Numbered from the stretch's first letter, positions 1 through 10,158 are shown. The stretch: DNA of 64,000 nucleotides from an uncultured bacterium (GCA_903872035.1 CAIQIZ010000028.1:24038-88037); one strand, 5' to 3'. Made by a program: numbers and translations. Notes: generated by a model from the sequence alone, not told the origin.

Positions 1-1
1 T

Positions 2-418
2 GAGATATCACGAATTCAGACACAACTCGTAACAGTTAGAGCAAACATCGCCAATACCTCTGATACTTTGACGATAAGATCGCTTCGGGATCAAGAAACA
101 TCCTTAGTTAATCAGGACTCTGCACAAAGACAGAAGTTAACTTCCGAAAACAATAGCTACGCAGCCCAAAAACAGAACCTGGACAATCAGATCTCGAACC
201 TTAATAACAGTTTGACCAACATCAACAAGCAAGACACTCAGTTCACTAATAATGTAGAGACGGTAAATGGTTATGTTATGGTCAATTGGATTAGCTTGTG
301 GGACTTGGCAACGATATTCTCTCCCATATCCCCTGTTATAATCATTATCATTCTAGTAATAATTCTCTTGTTTTATCTCCAACGCTCTAGATTCGTACCT
401 CGTATTGAGTGGCAATAA
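2..418 (+). CDS. 5'-partial hypothetical protein; coiled-coil with Q/N-rich region and a C-terminal transmembrane anchor
   Basis: Frame is open from window position 2 with no upstream stop; the listed ORF begins at a TTG. C-terminal hydrophobic stretch PVIIIIILVIILLFYL is followed by basic residues. Confidence 0.45.
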   Translation, partial: EISRIQTQLVTVRANIANTSDTLTIRSLRDQETSLVNQDSAQRQKLTSENNSYAAQKQNLDNQISNLNNSLTNINKQDTQFTNNVETVNGYVMVNWISLWDLATIFSPISPVIIIIILVIILLFYLQRSRFVPRIEWQ

Positions 419-442
419 AAAAACCGCCAATGAATTTGGCGG
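415..442 (-). terminator. Rho-independent terminator hairpin for holA; possibly bidirectional
   Basis: Stem CCGCCAA / TTGGCGG at 424-430 and 436-442 with loop TGAAT. The adjacent A-run at 415-423 gives a U-tract on the minus strand directly after the hairpin. Confidence 0.5.
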
Positions 443-464
443 CCAGTGGCTTTGATCTTCAGGA

Positions 465-1199
465 TTATCTCCCTATCCTCAGCATCATCCTCTCTGTCGC
501 CAATTCCAAGTCGTTCATTCCCCTATGCCCATTGTGGTACATAGAGATAATATCTCCAGACAATTTCGCTAATTCATTCTCTGAATAATTGGCCGCATAT
601 CTCTTTGATTTACTAAAAACAAATGGACTCAAACCGCATTCGCTAGCAGTTTTTGCTTTGGCAGCTAAAAGCATCGACTTTACCTGCCAAAAAATTGTAC
701 CGAGAATGCTTTCTGATTCCAAGCCATCATCTACAGCCTGACGATAAATAGTCCAAGCTTTGAATGGATCGCGTGAACCGATAGCATCGGCTAGAGCAAA
801 TATGTTGAAATCTTGTTTCTTAAAAGACGTCGAACTGGCTGATTTCTCTTCGGATACGACCACTTTTTCTGCAGACTTCTCAAAAGCCTTCTTTAATTCC
901 ACATTCAACTTGCCCTCTAAAGCAACAAAGATATTCGGCGATTCATTCATGGCTGCCATAAAGCCAGAAATTCCCTCTTTTGCTTCGTCATTTTCCGTCA
1001 CGCGATCCAAAAATATAATGTACTTATTCGAAAATAATCCCTGGCCACCAAGATGGCTTTCAATAGTTGAGGTGTTCCAATTGTCGCCACTCACCTCTTC
1101 GAACGCAGCATCAGGCTTCTTGGCACGCAAAGAATCGATGAGCTTGTGAGCCTTCTCGCGCGATTGTCGTATGTCTAATCCATGAAAAACGTAGAGCAT
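465..1199 (-). CDS. holA: DNA polymerase III delta subunit
   Basis: 244 aa; N-terminus MLYVFHGLD and overall pattern typical of HolA. Confidence 0.75.
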   Translation of the reverse strand: MLYVFHGLDIRQSREKAHKLIDSLRAKKPDAAFEEVSGDNWNTSTIESHLGGQGLFSNKYIIFLDRVTENDEAKEGISGFMAAMNESPNIFVALEGKLNVELKKAFEKSAEKVVVSEEKSASSTSFKKQDFNIFALADAIGSRDPFKAWTIYRQAVDDGLESESILGTIFWQVKSMLLAAKAKTASECGLSPFVFSKSKRYAANYSENELAKLSGDIISMYHNGHRGMNDLELATERMMLRIGR

Positions 1200-1233
1200 T
1201 ATGATAAATTCTTAATGATTAATGCCAAATTAT

Positions 1234-3690
1234 TCACTTAAGTTCCCCCCAATTATTACCAACTGCTGCTGATGACTTCATAACTATACCTTTCGTATCT
1301 TTCGGATCGACGATCGATTCCATTATCTCCTCTATCTTTACCGCTATTTCCTTGGATTTTGATTCTCGAATTTCATATATCAGTTCATCATGGACCTGAA
1401 GCAAAGCATAAACGTCGTCCTCTAATTTATTGGCATGAATATATTCATCGATACGAATCATTGCGAGCTTTATAATATCTGCTTCTGTTCCCTGAATCGG
1501 CGCATTAATGGCCATACGCTCCGCTTGCGCTTTGATATATGGGATCCTGGAATTTATACCTTCGAAGTATCGTCGGCGACCGAAAAATGTTTCTGTGTAG
1601 CCACGCCGCGCAGTTTCCGCTTTTACCTTATTTAGATAATCGGCCAAGGTCGAAAATGTTGTAAAATAATCATTCAAGAAATTCTGCGCCTCCTCGCGGC
1701 TAGTGCCCAAGTTCTGTTTCAAAGCCAGCACTCCCATCCCATAAATGATTCCAAAGTTGATGACTTTGGCTCGTCTACGCATCTCGGGAGTAACCTGTTC
1801 CTTTGGTACCTTGAAAACGAATGAGGCAACCGATGTGTGAACATCCTCCCCTTTCTTGAATATATCTATAAGTTTTTCATCGCCTGAAAGAAAAGCTGCT
1901 ATGCGCAATTCTATTTGAGAATAATCGAAGCTGGCCAACTTGAATCCCTTTTCTGCAATGAAAGCGGTTCGAATAGCCTTTCCAAGATCACTCTTAATAG
2001 GAATGTTCTGTAGATTGGGATTGATTGAAGCCATACGACCAGTCGTCGTGCCAGATGGGACGAAATCTGTATGTAGGCGATCGTCAGCATCTAACTGCGG
2101 AGGAATAGAATCAATGTATGTCGACAACAACTTAGCGAGTTCTCGATATTCGAATAGAAGCGGCACGATCGGATGCAGGTCTCTCAATTTCTCCAATTCC
2201 GATTCTTTTGTAGATCGGGCTCCGCCGCCAGTTTTCTTCATATTCTTACCTTTGAGGCCGAGCTTGTCGAATAAAACATCACCTAACTGCTTCGGTGAAT
2301 TCACATTGAATTCCATTCCAGCCAATTTCCATATCTCTTTTTCCAACCGGGACAATTCCTTGTGATAAGTTTTGCCCAATTCAGCCAAAAGGGCTCGATC
2401 TATTTTAATCCCGCGCTTCTCCATGGCATGAGTAATGGGAATAAGCGGTAATTCAATAGTATCGTAAATTTTAATTAAATCTTTTTTCTTTAACTCGCCG
2501 AGAATTATCTCCTTGGCTTTCTCAAAATCATCCGTTCCAGCGAATTGTAAAATGTCTTCGATCTTTGGATTGGTTGTATCTGAATGGATGAGCCAGAGAG
2601 CAAGGCCAACTTTTTCGACTTCTTCAGGATTTACGTTCGAAGGAAACGATAGAGTCCCGTTGTTGATATTTTTTTCGCTAGTTTTGGTCTTTTCTGGTCT
2701 TTTTGTTTGTGATCTCTCTCCTTCCTCCTTCCTCCCTGCTCCTTGCTCTTTTCCGTCCCATCTACCCATAAGTTGTGCTAATCTCTGCGGCAAAGTCCGA
2801 AACTCTAGATCCCGCCACAGCGCTTCGACTTTCTTCACATCCAAACCTTCTTTGAAGTTCTTCTCTGGAAGTTTGAAATCAATGGGTGAATCGCGACGGA
2901 TCGTGGCTAGCATCTTACTGAATTCGGCTTCTTCCTTGTTATCTTTGAGCAATTGAATGATCCGTGGTTTTATTCCAGCTTTGAGAAATGCCTGGTCATT
3001 GCCAGCATCTAATTCTTTGAATAAGTTTTCAATAGTCCCAAATGATTTGATTAAAGTTGTTGCTGTGACATCACCTATTCCTTTTACGCCAATAATATTA
3101 TCCGATGGATCGCCTCGCAATCCTTTGTAGTCGGGAATAAGTTTTGGCCCAAAACCAAAACGATCATTCACAGCCTTTTCGTCGTACATGATGGTATCGT
3201 TTATTCCCTTCTTCAATGTGTAAACCTGAACTCTTTTGTCATCCACGAGTTGCAGAGTGTCCATGTCGCCAGAAGCTATGATGATATCTGTTCCAATTTC
3301 TCTCCGCTTTACTTGTTCCACAATAGTACCTAGCATGTCATCTGCCTCAAATCCTTCTTTTTGGTAAATGGGAATGTCAAAAGCCGCAAAAATGTTGCGT
3401 GAACTAATCATTTGCGCCACCAATGCATCATCAGCTTTCTTGCGGCCAGCTTTGTAGTCCTTGTAGGCCTCATGACGATAAGTCGGCCCTTTAACGTCGT
3501 AACAAGCGATAACATAATCCGGCTTCAAATCCTCGATTATCTTTAATAACATCGCTGATAGACCATAAAGGGCTCCAGTCGGCTCGCCTTTGGCCGTAGC
3601 AAAGTCCGGCAAAGCGTGATAAGCCCGATGCAGGATGGCGTGAGAATCAAGAAGCACTAGTTTCTTGTTATTTTTGGTGGAATCGCTCAT
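1234..3690 (-). CDS. polA: DNA polymerase I, 5'-3' exonuclease plus polymerase domains
   Basis: 818 aa; N-terminal FEN/5'-exo motifs (LLDSHAILHRAYHAL) and a C-terminal PolA palm/fingers region (DYSQIELR, QVHDE). Confidence 0.9.
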   Translation of the reverse strand: MSDSTKNNKKLVLLDSHAILHRAYHALPDFATAKGEPTGALYGLSAMLLKIIEDLKPDYVIACYDVKGPTYRHEAYKDYKAGRKKADDALVAQMISSRNIFAAFDIPIYQKEGFEADDMLGTIVEQVKRREIGTDIIIASGDMDTLQLVDDKRVQVYTLKKGINDTIMYDEKAVNDRFGFGPKLIPDYKGLRGDPSDNIIGVKGIGDVTATTLIKSFGTIENLFKELDAGNDQAFLKAGIKPRIIQLLKDNKEEAEFSKMLATIRRDSPIDFKLPEKNFKEGLDVKKVEALWRDLEFRTLPQRLAQLMGRWDGKEQGAGRKEEGERSQTKRPEKTKTSEKNINNGTLSFPSNVNPEEVEKVGLALWLIHSDTTNPKIEDILQFAGTDDFEKAKEIILGELKKKDLIKIYDTIELPLIPITHAMEKRGIKIDRALLAELGKTYHKELSRLEKEIWKLAGMEFNVNSPKQLGDVLFDKLGLKGKNMKKTGGGARSTKESELEKLRDLHPIVPLLFEYRELAKLLSTYIDSIPPQLDADDRLHTDFVPSGTTTGRMASINPNLQNIPIKSDLGKAIRTAFIAEKGFKLASFDYSQIELRIAAFLSGDEKLIDIFKKGEDVHTSVASFVFKVPKEQVTPEMRRRAKVINFGIIYGMGVLALKQNLGTSREEAQNFLNDYFTTFSTLADYLNKVKAETARRGYTETFFGRRRYFEGINSRIPYIKAQAERMAINAPIQGTEADIIKLAMIRIDEYIHANKLEDDVYALLQVHDELIYEIRESKSKEIAVKIEEIMESIVDPKDTKGIVMKSSAAVGNNWGELK

Positions 3691-3705
3691 AAATGCATTG
3701 TATCA

Positions 3706-4167
3706 CTAACTAATAGAAATATGATGGTTACCGTCGATGATTTCAAAATTTAGACTTGCTCCTTCTACAAATTCCTTCAATCCAACATTTTCCGGCCACT
3801 CGATCATAATCAGGTTGTTCGCATCGCTCACCAGCTGCTCGAAATTCAATGCCTCTAATTCCTGGCGTTTTTCCAGACGATAGGCATCGATGTGAATCAG
3901 ACGCATAGGTCTGACCTTGGAGGCATCATTTAGGTCTGACCTATCATATATTTTCATCAGTACGAACGTTGGGCTGGTCACAGTCTCAAGAACACCTAGT
4001 TCCTTGGCAATTGCCTTAACAAATGCCGTCTTCCCTGCCCCCAAGTGACCGGAAAGGCCGACCACCAAAGCTTCGTCTGATCCAGCGTGCGATTTGGCGA
4101 CTTCTGCCAGCCAATGGCTAGCAATTTTCTCCGTTTCTTCCATTGAATGGGAAATGAGGGTATTCAT
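3706..4167 (-). CDS. tsaE: tRNA t6A biosynthesis ATPase TsaE (YjeE)
   Basis: 153 aa; Walker A GHLGAGKT and a HIDAYRL motif. Confidence 0.75.
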   Translation of the reverse strand: MNTLISHSMEETEKIASHWLAEVAKSHAGSDEALVVGLSGHLGAGKTAFVKAIAKELGVLETVTSPTFVLMKIYDRSDLNDASKVRPMRLIHIDAYRLEKRQELEALNFEQLVSDANNLIMIEWPENVGLKEFVEGASLNFEIIDGNHHISIS

Positions 4168-4216
4168 GTTGATAATATAGCATTTTCATCAGCACATTTC
4201 TGGTATACTTAAACCA

Positions 4217-5890
4217 ATGACATTAGTCTTTGATGAAGATAAGCAAAAACGCCGATTAGACGACCTCTTACACAAAGAGGAGGAGGATCTGGTGCAGCTC
4301 TTATCCGGTAAATACGGCGTCGAGTATGTGAACCTCCAAACCATCAACACTAATGCTGATGCTCTGCGATTGATTGAAGAGGCGACTGCTCGAGCTGCCC
4401 AAGTCGCTGCCTACGCCCTCATAGACAAGAAAGTCAAAGTGGCGGCACGAAATCCGCAGGACGAAAAAGTAAAAGCTGTTCTAGAGACCCTCAAAACAAA
4501 GGGTTACACAACAGAACTACATATCACCTCTACACAGAGCTTGGAAAAAGCCTGGAAGACGTACAAGGACCTGTCATTCGCTTATGAAAGCAAAGCTGGT
4601 TCCTTGGAGATATCCAGTGAAGATATCGCTTCGATCATAGATAAGGCCAAAAACATGCCGGCGGTCATCGATATTCTGAAAGGGACCATGGCAGCAAAAA
4701 AAAGCTACCGTGTCTCGCGTATCCTGGAAACTATGGTGGCCGGTGCCTTAGCGGTAGACGCCTCCGACATACACTTGGAACCAGAGGAAACATTCATCCG
4801 TTTGCGTTATCGGTTGGATGGTGTACTCCAGGAACTCATTACCTTTGACGCCGAAACTTATGGCTTGCTTTTGTCGCGCATCAAACTGATCTCTGGCATG
4901 AAGCTCAATATCAAGAAGGATTCCCAGGACGGACGCTTCAGCATCAAACTAGCGATCGGCGAGATAGAGGTGCGCGTCTCCATCCTTCCCGGTGCTTATA
5001 ACGAATCAGTGGTCATGCGTATCTTGAACCCAAAGACCATAAGCGTTCCTTTGGAAGAGCTCGGTATCAATCCGAAATTGCTGACTCTTCTTCTCAAAGA
5101 AATGGACAGGCCTGATGGAATGATCCTTACGACCGGACCGACTGGTTCTGGAAAGACCACTACACTTTACGCATTCCTTAAGAAGATCCACACACCCCAG
5201 GTGAAGATCATCACCATCGAAGACCCGATCGAATACCATTTGCCCGGCATCGTTCAAACCCAAGTCAATGATAAGGGTTATACCTTCTTGGAAGGTTTGC
5301 GAGCCGCTGTCAGACAAGACCCGGATATCATCATGGTAGGTGAAATCCGCGACAACGAAACAGCCGATATTGCGATCAATTCCGCTCTGACCGGTCACAT
5401 GGTCTTTTCGACTCTACACACCAATGACGCCGCTGGCACCTTCCCCCGTCTCATCGACTTGGGTGTGAATTCAAAGGTCATAACCTCGGCCTTGCGCGTG
5501 GCCATGGCCCAACGCTTGGCACGCCGACTCTGTCAGTTCTGTAAAAAAGAAATCGTCCTAGCAGGCGACGCTCAACAAGCCATAGAGACTGTCGTAAATG
5601 ACATCGAGGACAAGGATCTCGTTCCGGCCGATCGTTCGAAGGTTTGGGAACCTGCAGGCTGTGATAAGTGCAACATGACTGGTTACAAAGGCCGTATCGG
5701 CATATATGAAGCTATTTCTACAGACGAGAAAATCGAAGACGCCATAGAACGGAATCCTAGCGAAAGAGAGATCTGGGCTGCAGCAAAAGGCCAAGGGTTA
5801 TTGACCATGAGACAAGATGGTGTCTTAAAGATATTGAAAGGTGTAACTTCCCTCTCAGAACTGGAGAGAGTGATTGCATTGACTGACTAG
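4217..5890 (+). CDS. pilB: Type IV pilus / type II secretion assembly ATPase (PilB/GspE family)
   Basis: 557 aa; Walker A GPTGSGKTT plus Asp and His boxes, and a C-terminal CxxC tetracysteine motif. TATACT lies 6 nt before the ATG. Confidence 0.85.
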   Translation: MTLVFDEDKQKRRLDDLLHKEEEDLVQLLSGKYGVEYVNLQTINTNADALRLIEEATARAAQVAAYALIDKKVKVAARNPQDEKVKAVLETLKTKGYTTELHITSTQSLEKAWKTYKDLSFAYESKAGSLEISSEDIASIIDKAKNMPAVIDILKGTMAAKKSYRVSRILETMVAGALAVDASDIHLEPEETFIRLRYRLDGVLQELITFDAETYGLLLSRIKLISGMKLNIKKDSQDGRFSIKLAIGEIEVRVSILPGAYNESVVMRILNPKTISVPLEELGINPKLLTLLLKEMDRPDGMILTTGPTGSGKTTTLYAFLKKIHTPQVKIITIEDPIEYHLPGIVQTQVNDKGYTFLEGLRAAVRQDPDIIMVGEIRDNETADIAINSALTGHMVFSTLHTNDAAGTFPRLIDLGVNSKVITSALRVAMAQRLARRLCQFCKKEIVLAGDAQQAIETVVNDIEDKDLVPADRSKVWEPAGCDKCNMTGYKGRIGIYEAISTDEKIEDAIERNPSEREIWAAAKGQGLLTMRQDGVLKILKGVTSLSELERVIALTD

Positions 5891-5906
5891 TCTAAAATAC
5901 CTACCT

Positions 5907-6716
5907 ATGAATAAAGCATCTCTGTATATCATCACATTAGTTGCAATCTACAGTATCTATTCAACCGCACATTCGTCAACTGGCACGTCACCGGATTATT
6001 ATTCTGGGCCAGATACTAATTGCACCTTTACGGCGAAGTACGACGCGACTTCATCCGCGATAGCTGGACCGGGTTATTTGATACTCGCGATCAATTCCGT
6101 GAGCAAACCCCCATCAGCTAGATGTCCGGTCATCGCAGGTAAATATTTTGGCGTCAGAAAAGACTACTTCAAAGATATAACATTTAATTCAACAGACGTA
6201 CTGGGATTTTCAGTCAGCCTGTCCTGCGGGGGCGCATGCTTTGTAGACATGCATTTGGCGTTAGTGAACGGAATAGCAACTACATCAATAATACGCGGAG
6301 GGATTAGCGGGTACAGCAAATACGAGCCCGAGATTACTCTCCAGAATGACATTATTCAAGGGCGCAATGATAACTGGTTCAAGTGGAACGGAACTCCTGT
6401 AGTCGCAAAGACAGAACCGCAAGTAACTACAACCTGTTCTTATAATTTAATGGCTGATGCAAAGTCACACATTGACCTATATGTCGGATCGAACAATGCC
6501 GTTGTACGAACACTCCAGCAGATATTGAACAGTGACCAAGACACAATGATTGCTACAAGCGGCCCAGGATCAAAAGGTCTGGAGACAACGTACTTCGGTT
6601 ATCTAACCAAACAAGCCGTAATCAAATTCCAGAAAAAATATTCCATAACTCCGGCTGCCGGCTTTGTTGGACCGAAGACACGGGCACAACTAAATATGGT
6701 CTGCACTTCTGTATAA
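5907..6716 (+). CDS. Secreted protein with C-terminal peptidoglycan-binding (PG_binding_1-like) domain
   Basis: Signal-peptide-like N-terminus; C-terminal YFGYLTKQAVIKFQKKY...GFVGPKTRAQL matches the PG-binding repeat pattern. Confidence 0.55.
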   Translation: MNKASLYIITLVAIYSIYSTAHSSTGTSPDYYSGPDTNCTFTAKYDATSSAIAGPGYLILAINSVSKPPSARCPVIAGKYFGVRKDYFKDITFNSTDVLGFSVSLSCGGACFVDMHLALVNGIATTSIIRGGISGYSKYEPEITLQNDIIQGRNDNWFKWNGTPVVAKTEPQVTTTCSYNLMADAKSHIDLYVGSNNAVVRTLQQILNSDQDTMIATSGPGSKGLETTYFGYLTKQAVIKFQKKYSITPAAGFVGPKTRAQLNMVCTSV

Positions 6717-6762
6717 TTCGGGATATAAAGATATCTCTAACCTTTAGTGAAAAACTCCTGAT

Positions 6763-8649
6763 TTACATCTGCACTATCGGGAATAATATCTCATTAATTC
6801 TCGGGAAGAATCCCGTCGTTTCGCTAGCGTTGCTGTGATAATATTTTCGATTATCGAACACCAACCCATTGTCGAGCACCTCCGCTCCGTTCGCGTATCC
6901 CCATCCATCTGGATGAATAAACGGGTATGCTTTACACTTTTCATAGAAACTTCCAAAGGCCATCAAACCTAACCCGCCACTAGCAGCTGGATATTGCTCT
7001 GCTAATGCAACCATCTCGGCCGCCGTAGCGGCACGATAACCGGCAGGAATTAAACCCGCCACTTCAGTTTGTGAAGTTCTACCACTCATTCCCGCACTCC
7101 TCACTCCAGTCTGAACAATCCTCAACAATTTCATTACTTGCTGTTGAGTTCCCGCACCTTGATAAGTATTCGTATACCCGTCCGTGTATGTGCTGTAATC
7201 AACTTGAACTGTATATTTTAGACTCGGAACAGCACTCAAAGCACCGTAGGTTAGGGCTGGAGCATTGGTGGCTGGAAGAGAATCCCGGGAGATCGGAACC
7301 CATATACTGTCCTCCACCACAATGACCGGCGCATTAGCATAGATATTCCCAAGCTTTGAAGTTGCAAAGATGAAATTTGTTGAAATATCCGTATTCCCAA
7401 TCGTTCTAATGCTTTTACCATTCGCGGTTGTTGTACGTTCGCTGACAAATGGGACAGAGAATCCGGTTTTATTGCCAGAATATGGACCATCAGCTGTATT
7501 GCTGAAGGTAGTAACAGAATTTACTTTTATCGTTGAACCGAATGCTGAACCGTAAATCTGTGGGTAGCGAGTGACGAGAACAACAAGTTCCTGAAGAGTA
7601 ATTGGCCTATACCCCTTTGCTTTTATTGCAGCGGCAAATTGATCATAAGTAACGTTGGTTAAAATATTCTGTTTGCATCCACATTTCGATATAGCCCCGC
7701 TATCTATAGTGCTAGTAACATTTGGAAACAACTCAGCCAGAGTTAATACTCTTGCGACGATATTTTTCTGACCGCTACCGGTATTTGAAAACATTCCCAG
7801 CGAAACATAGTCAGAAACACTTGTCGGTGCGAGCGCGGCAACTACAGAATCCAATGTTTGACCATAATTCACGGTTAGCGGATATGTACCGGGAGCTGCC
7901 ACGGCTGCTGGTACTGTCGGTGCCGCAACAGTATTCAAGTCAGCAGAGGCAGGAGCGACACTAACAGTTTCAGAAGATGTAACTGGTGGTATAGTAGCGG
8001 CTTGTTGTGAAGGATCGCTGGCAGTATTTGCATTGCCATTATAGACCGCCGGATCTAGGTAGGCTGAACTACCACCTGCGTTTAGTTGACCTATTAGTTG
8101 ACCGAGAAGTGCTGAACCATTTTGAGTATTGGCGGCACCAGTAGCTGAAGAAGTCAAGGTACAGGTATATCCTGCCGGACAGACCGGCGCAGTTGTTTGA
8201 GCAATAGGTGTACACGTGAATCCAGCCGGACACTGAACTACGCCCGTGCTCGCCCTAGGCACTGGTCCGCTTCTGACATTTGAAGCTGTTGTGGCACATC
8301 CATAAAGATTGTTCATCTTGTTTCTCGTATAATCTCCAAAATATCCGTTACCTGATGTCATGCCGTTGGGGACCAAAATAGTTGATGAGTATTTTTCCTG
8401 AAAAGCCTTTACCGCATCGGAAACAACAGTAGTATAGGAAGTAATGTTCACTCCCGAACTCCAAAGGCCTTCACTGACTAGATCTGCTTTCAGAGCAGCT
8501 GCTTCGGCGGAAGTCAACACTGCATTAAGTCCGAAATTTTTGGTAAAGGTGTAACAGGAGGTGGAGGCTTGAGTTCTTGATATTCCTGAGCTGCTAGCAA
8601 AAGAGGCGATCAGAAGTGTAAAAGTTAGATAAGTAATAGTCTTTTTCAT
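6763..8649 (-). CDS. Large secreted protein, N-terminal PG_binding_1-like domain followed by a Thr/Ser/Ala-rich region
   Basis: Signal peptide MKKTITYLTFTLLIASFA; motif AVKAFQEKYS...GNGYFGDYTRNKM. Confidence 0.55.
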   Translation of the reverse strand: MKKTITYLTFTLLIASFASSSGISRTQASTSCYTFTKNFGLNAVLTSAEAAALKADLVSEGLWSSGVNITSYTTVVSDAVKAFQEKYSSTILVPNGMTSGNGYFGDYTRNKMNNLYGCATTASNVRSGPVPRASTGVVQCPAGFTCTPIAQTTAPVCPAGYTCTLTSSATGAANTQNGSALLGQLIGQLNAGGSSAYLDPAVYNGNANTASDPSQQAATIPPVTSSETVSVAPASADLNTVAAPTVPAAVAAPGTYPLTVNYGQTLDSVVAALAPTSVSDYVSLGMFSNTGSGQKNIVARVLTLAELFPNVTSTIDSGAISKCGCKQNILTNVTYDQFAAAIKAKGYRPITLQELVVLVTRYPQIYGSAFGSTIKVNSVTTFSNTADGPYSGNKTGFSVPFVSERTTTANGKSIRTIGNTDISTNFIFATSKLGNIYANAPVIVVEDSIWVPISRDSLPATNAPALTYGALSAVPSLKYTVQVDYSTYTDGYTNTYQGAGTQQQVMKLLRIVQTGVRSAGMSGRTSQTEVAGLIPAGYRAATAAEMVALAEQYPAASGGLGLMAFGSFYEKCKAYPFIHPDGWGYANGAEVLDNGLVFDNRKYYHSNASETTGFFPRINEILFPIVQM

Positions 8650-8810
8650 GTTTATTATTGAAACAAAAATTAAGTAATAAGCCGCATCCCAGTAGTTTAC
8701 CTCACCCTATCACAAATTACCAAAGACATGATGGGGATATGAATAGGGTTCACCCCATAATTTAAGCAAGCGACAAATCAGAGACTGTTTCAAAGTGAAA
8801 AAATGGGGTG

Positions 8811-8905
8811 TAATCCGCTATCCCGACAAGCGAGGAGCGTATAAATGCTCACATTTATAACGTCCGAGCGAAGTCGGGAAAGGAGCGAAGCGACTATCCA
8901 CAGTT
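8811..8905 (-). repeat. Degenerate copy of the family-2 gene-upstream module
   Basis: Shares CAAGCGAGGA, a central hairpin, CCGAGCGAAG and GAGCGAAGCGA boxes with the copies at 26392, 32028 and 52251. Confidence 0.35.
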
Positions 8906-8956
8906 TTTGTGTTGCTTTTATATTTATGATGAGGGAGTATGCGAGAAGTGCTTCAA

Positions 8957-9111
8957 GCGCGTGAATCTCTAAGCAACATCTCCTCGCATGATGCGGAGAG
9001 CGAGGTAAAGTCCCGAGGATAATTTCAGTAGGTAACGACAAGCGTTACAACCAAAATGTCCTTAGAACTATACCCAAACCTGGGAAGGCCGTTGCTTAGA
9101 GATTCATGAGC
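8957..9111 (+). ncRNA. Candidate structured RNA or regulatory element upstream of ruvB
   Basis: An 18-bp closing stem, CGTGAATCTCTAAGCAAC at 8960-8977 pairing with GTTGCTTAGAGATTCATG at 9091-9108, has one G-U pair on the plus strand only and encloses at least two inner hairpins. Confidence 0.3.
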
Positions 9112-9147
9112 TTGACTAGGATTCAATGCTAGCATGATTCATCTAAA

Positions 9148-10158
9148 ATGTCAAGAACATCATCAAAACCCCAAACGGATGAGAAAGAGAGCGGTTTTCT
9201 CGACCAAACCCTACGCCCTTCACGTTGGGATGAATATATCGGTCAAAAAAACATCAAAGACAATCTGCATATCCTTCTAACAGCTGCCAAAGAGCGTAAA
9301 CACCCACCAGAACACATCTTATTCTATGGTCCTCCAGGTCTTGGAAAGACGACTTTGGCTTATTTGATAGCTAAGGAGACGGGGGCGCAGATGAAAGTTA
9401 CTTCGGGACCGGCAATCTTGAAAGTTGGCGACCTAGCGTCGGTCTTGACCAATCTATCATCTGGCGACATTTTGTTTATAGATGAAATTCATCGCCTTAA
9501 CAAAGCTATCGAGGAAGTCCTCTACCCTGCTATGGAAACTGGCAAACTCGATATCATCATCGGAAAAGGACCTTCCGCTAGAACAATACAGCTCGACCTG
9601 CCGCCGTTCACTTTGATAGCCGCCACAACCAGAATCGCTATGATTTCAGCACCTCTTCGGTCACGATTCTCCGGTGGCGTTTTCAAGCTCGAATTCTATT
9701 CTGATAATGAGATTGCTGAGATCGTCAAAAGATCAGCCAAGATTCTCGACATAGAAATCCATCCGGACGCAGTCAGAGAAATAGCTGTTCGTTCAAGATT
9801 TACACCCAGAACCGCCAATTATCATCTAAAAAGATGCCGTGATTATGCACAAATAAACAAAAGCCAGCTTTCACAGGAAATAGTCGAGAAAGCTTTGCTT
9901 ATGCTGGGTGTCGATATTATCGGCCTGACCGGTGCCGATCGTGACATATTAAAAGCCATCGTCACTAAATTTGGTGGCGGCCCCGTGGGGTTGAATACGA
10001 TAGCCGCTGCGCTTTCAGAGGAACAGGCAACGATCGAGGAAGTTTATGAACCTTATCTTATCCAGCTTGGCTTGCTTGAGCGCACGCCACGAGGTAGGGT
10101 CGCCACTGATAAAGCTTACGCGCACCTAGGTGAGAAAGGTGCGGCAAAGTTATTATAA
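9148..10158 (+). CDS. ruvB: Holliday junction branch migration helicase RuvB
   Basis: 336 aa; AAA+ Walker A GPPGLGKTTLA, classic RuvB N-terminus and a winged-helix C-terminus. Confidence 0.9.
   Translation: MSRTSSKPQTDEKESGFLDQTLRPSRWDEYIGQKNIKDNLHILLTAAKERKHPPEHILFYGPPGLGKTTLAYLIAKETGAQMKVTSGPAILKVGDLASVLTNLSSGDILFIDEIHRLNKAIEEVLYPAMETGKLDIIIGKGPSARTIQLDLPPFTLIAATTRIAMISAPLRSRFSGGVFKLEFYSDNEIAEIVKRSAKILDIEIHPDAVREIAVRSRFTPRTANYHLKRCRDYAQINKSQLSQEIVEKALLMLGVDIIGLTGADRDILKAIVTKFGGGPVGLNTIAAALSEEQATIEEVYEPYLIQLGLLERTPRGRVATDKAYAHLGEKGAAKLL

Noticed and set aside
1435-3000. Antisense ORFs inside polA, dnaA, pnp, VirB4, pcrA and other large genes (many 60-215 aa entries in the track)
   Set aside because: They are embedded opposite well-supported conserved genes and have low-complexity or odd composition. 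Typical shadow ORFs.
8891-8907. 17-mer CGACTATCCACAGTTTT shared between 8891 and 11726 (inside ruvC), containing a DnaA-box-like TATCCACA
   Set aside because: A single 17-mer match in 64 kb on both strands is not clearly beyond chance. One copy is coding. No further structure is shared.
8790-9041. 83-aa minus-strand ORF in the ruvB upstream gap
   Set aside because: It overlaps the family-2-like repeat and the structured element, has no start context and its composition looks non-coding. Treated as spurious.
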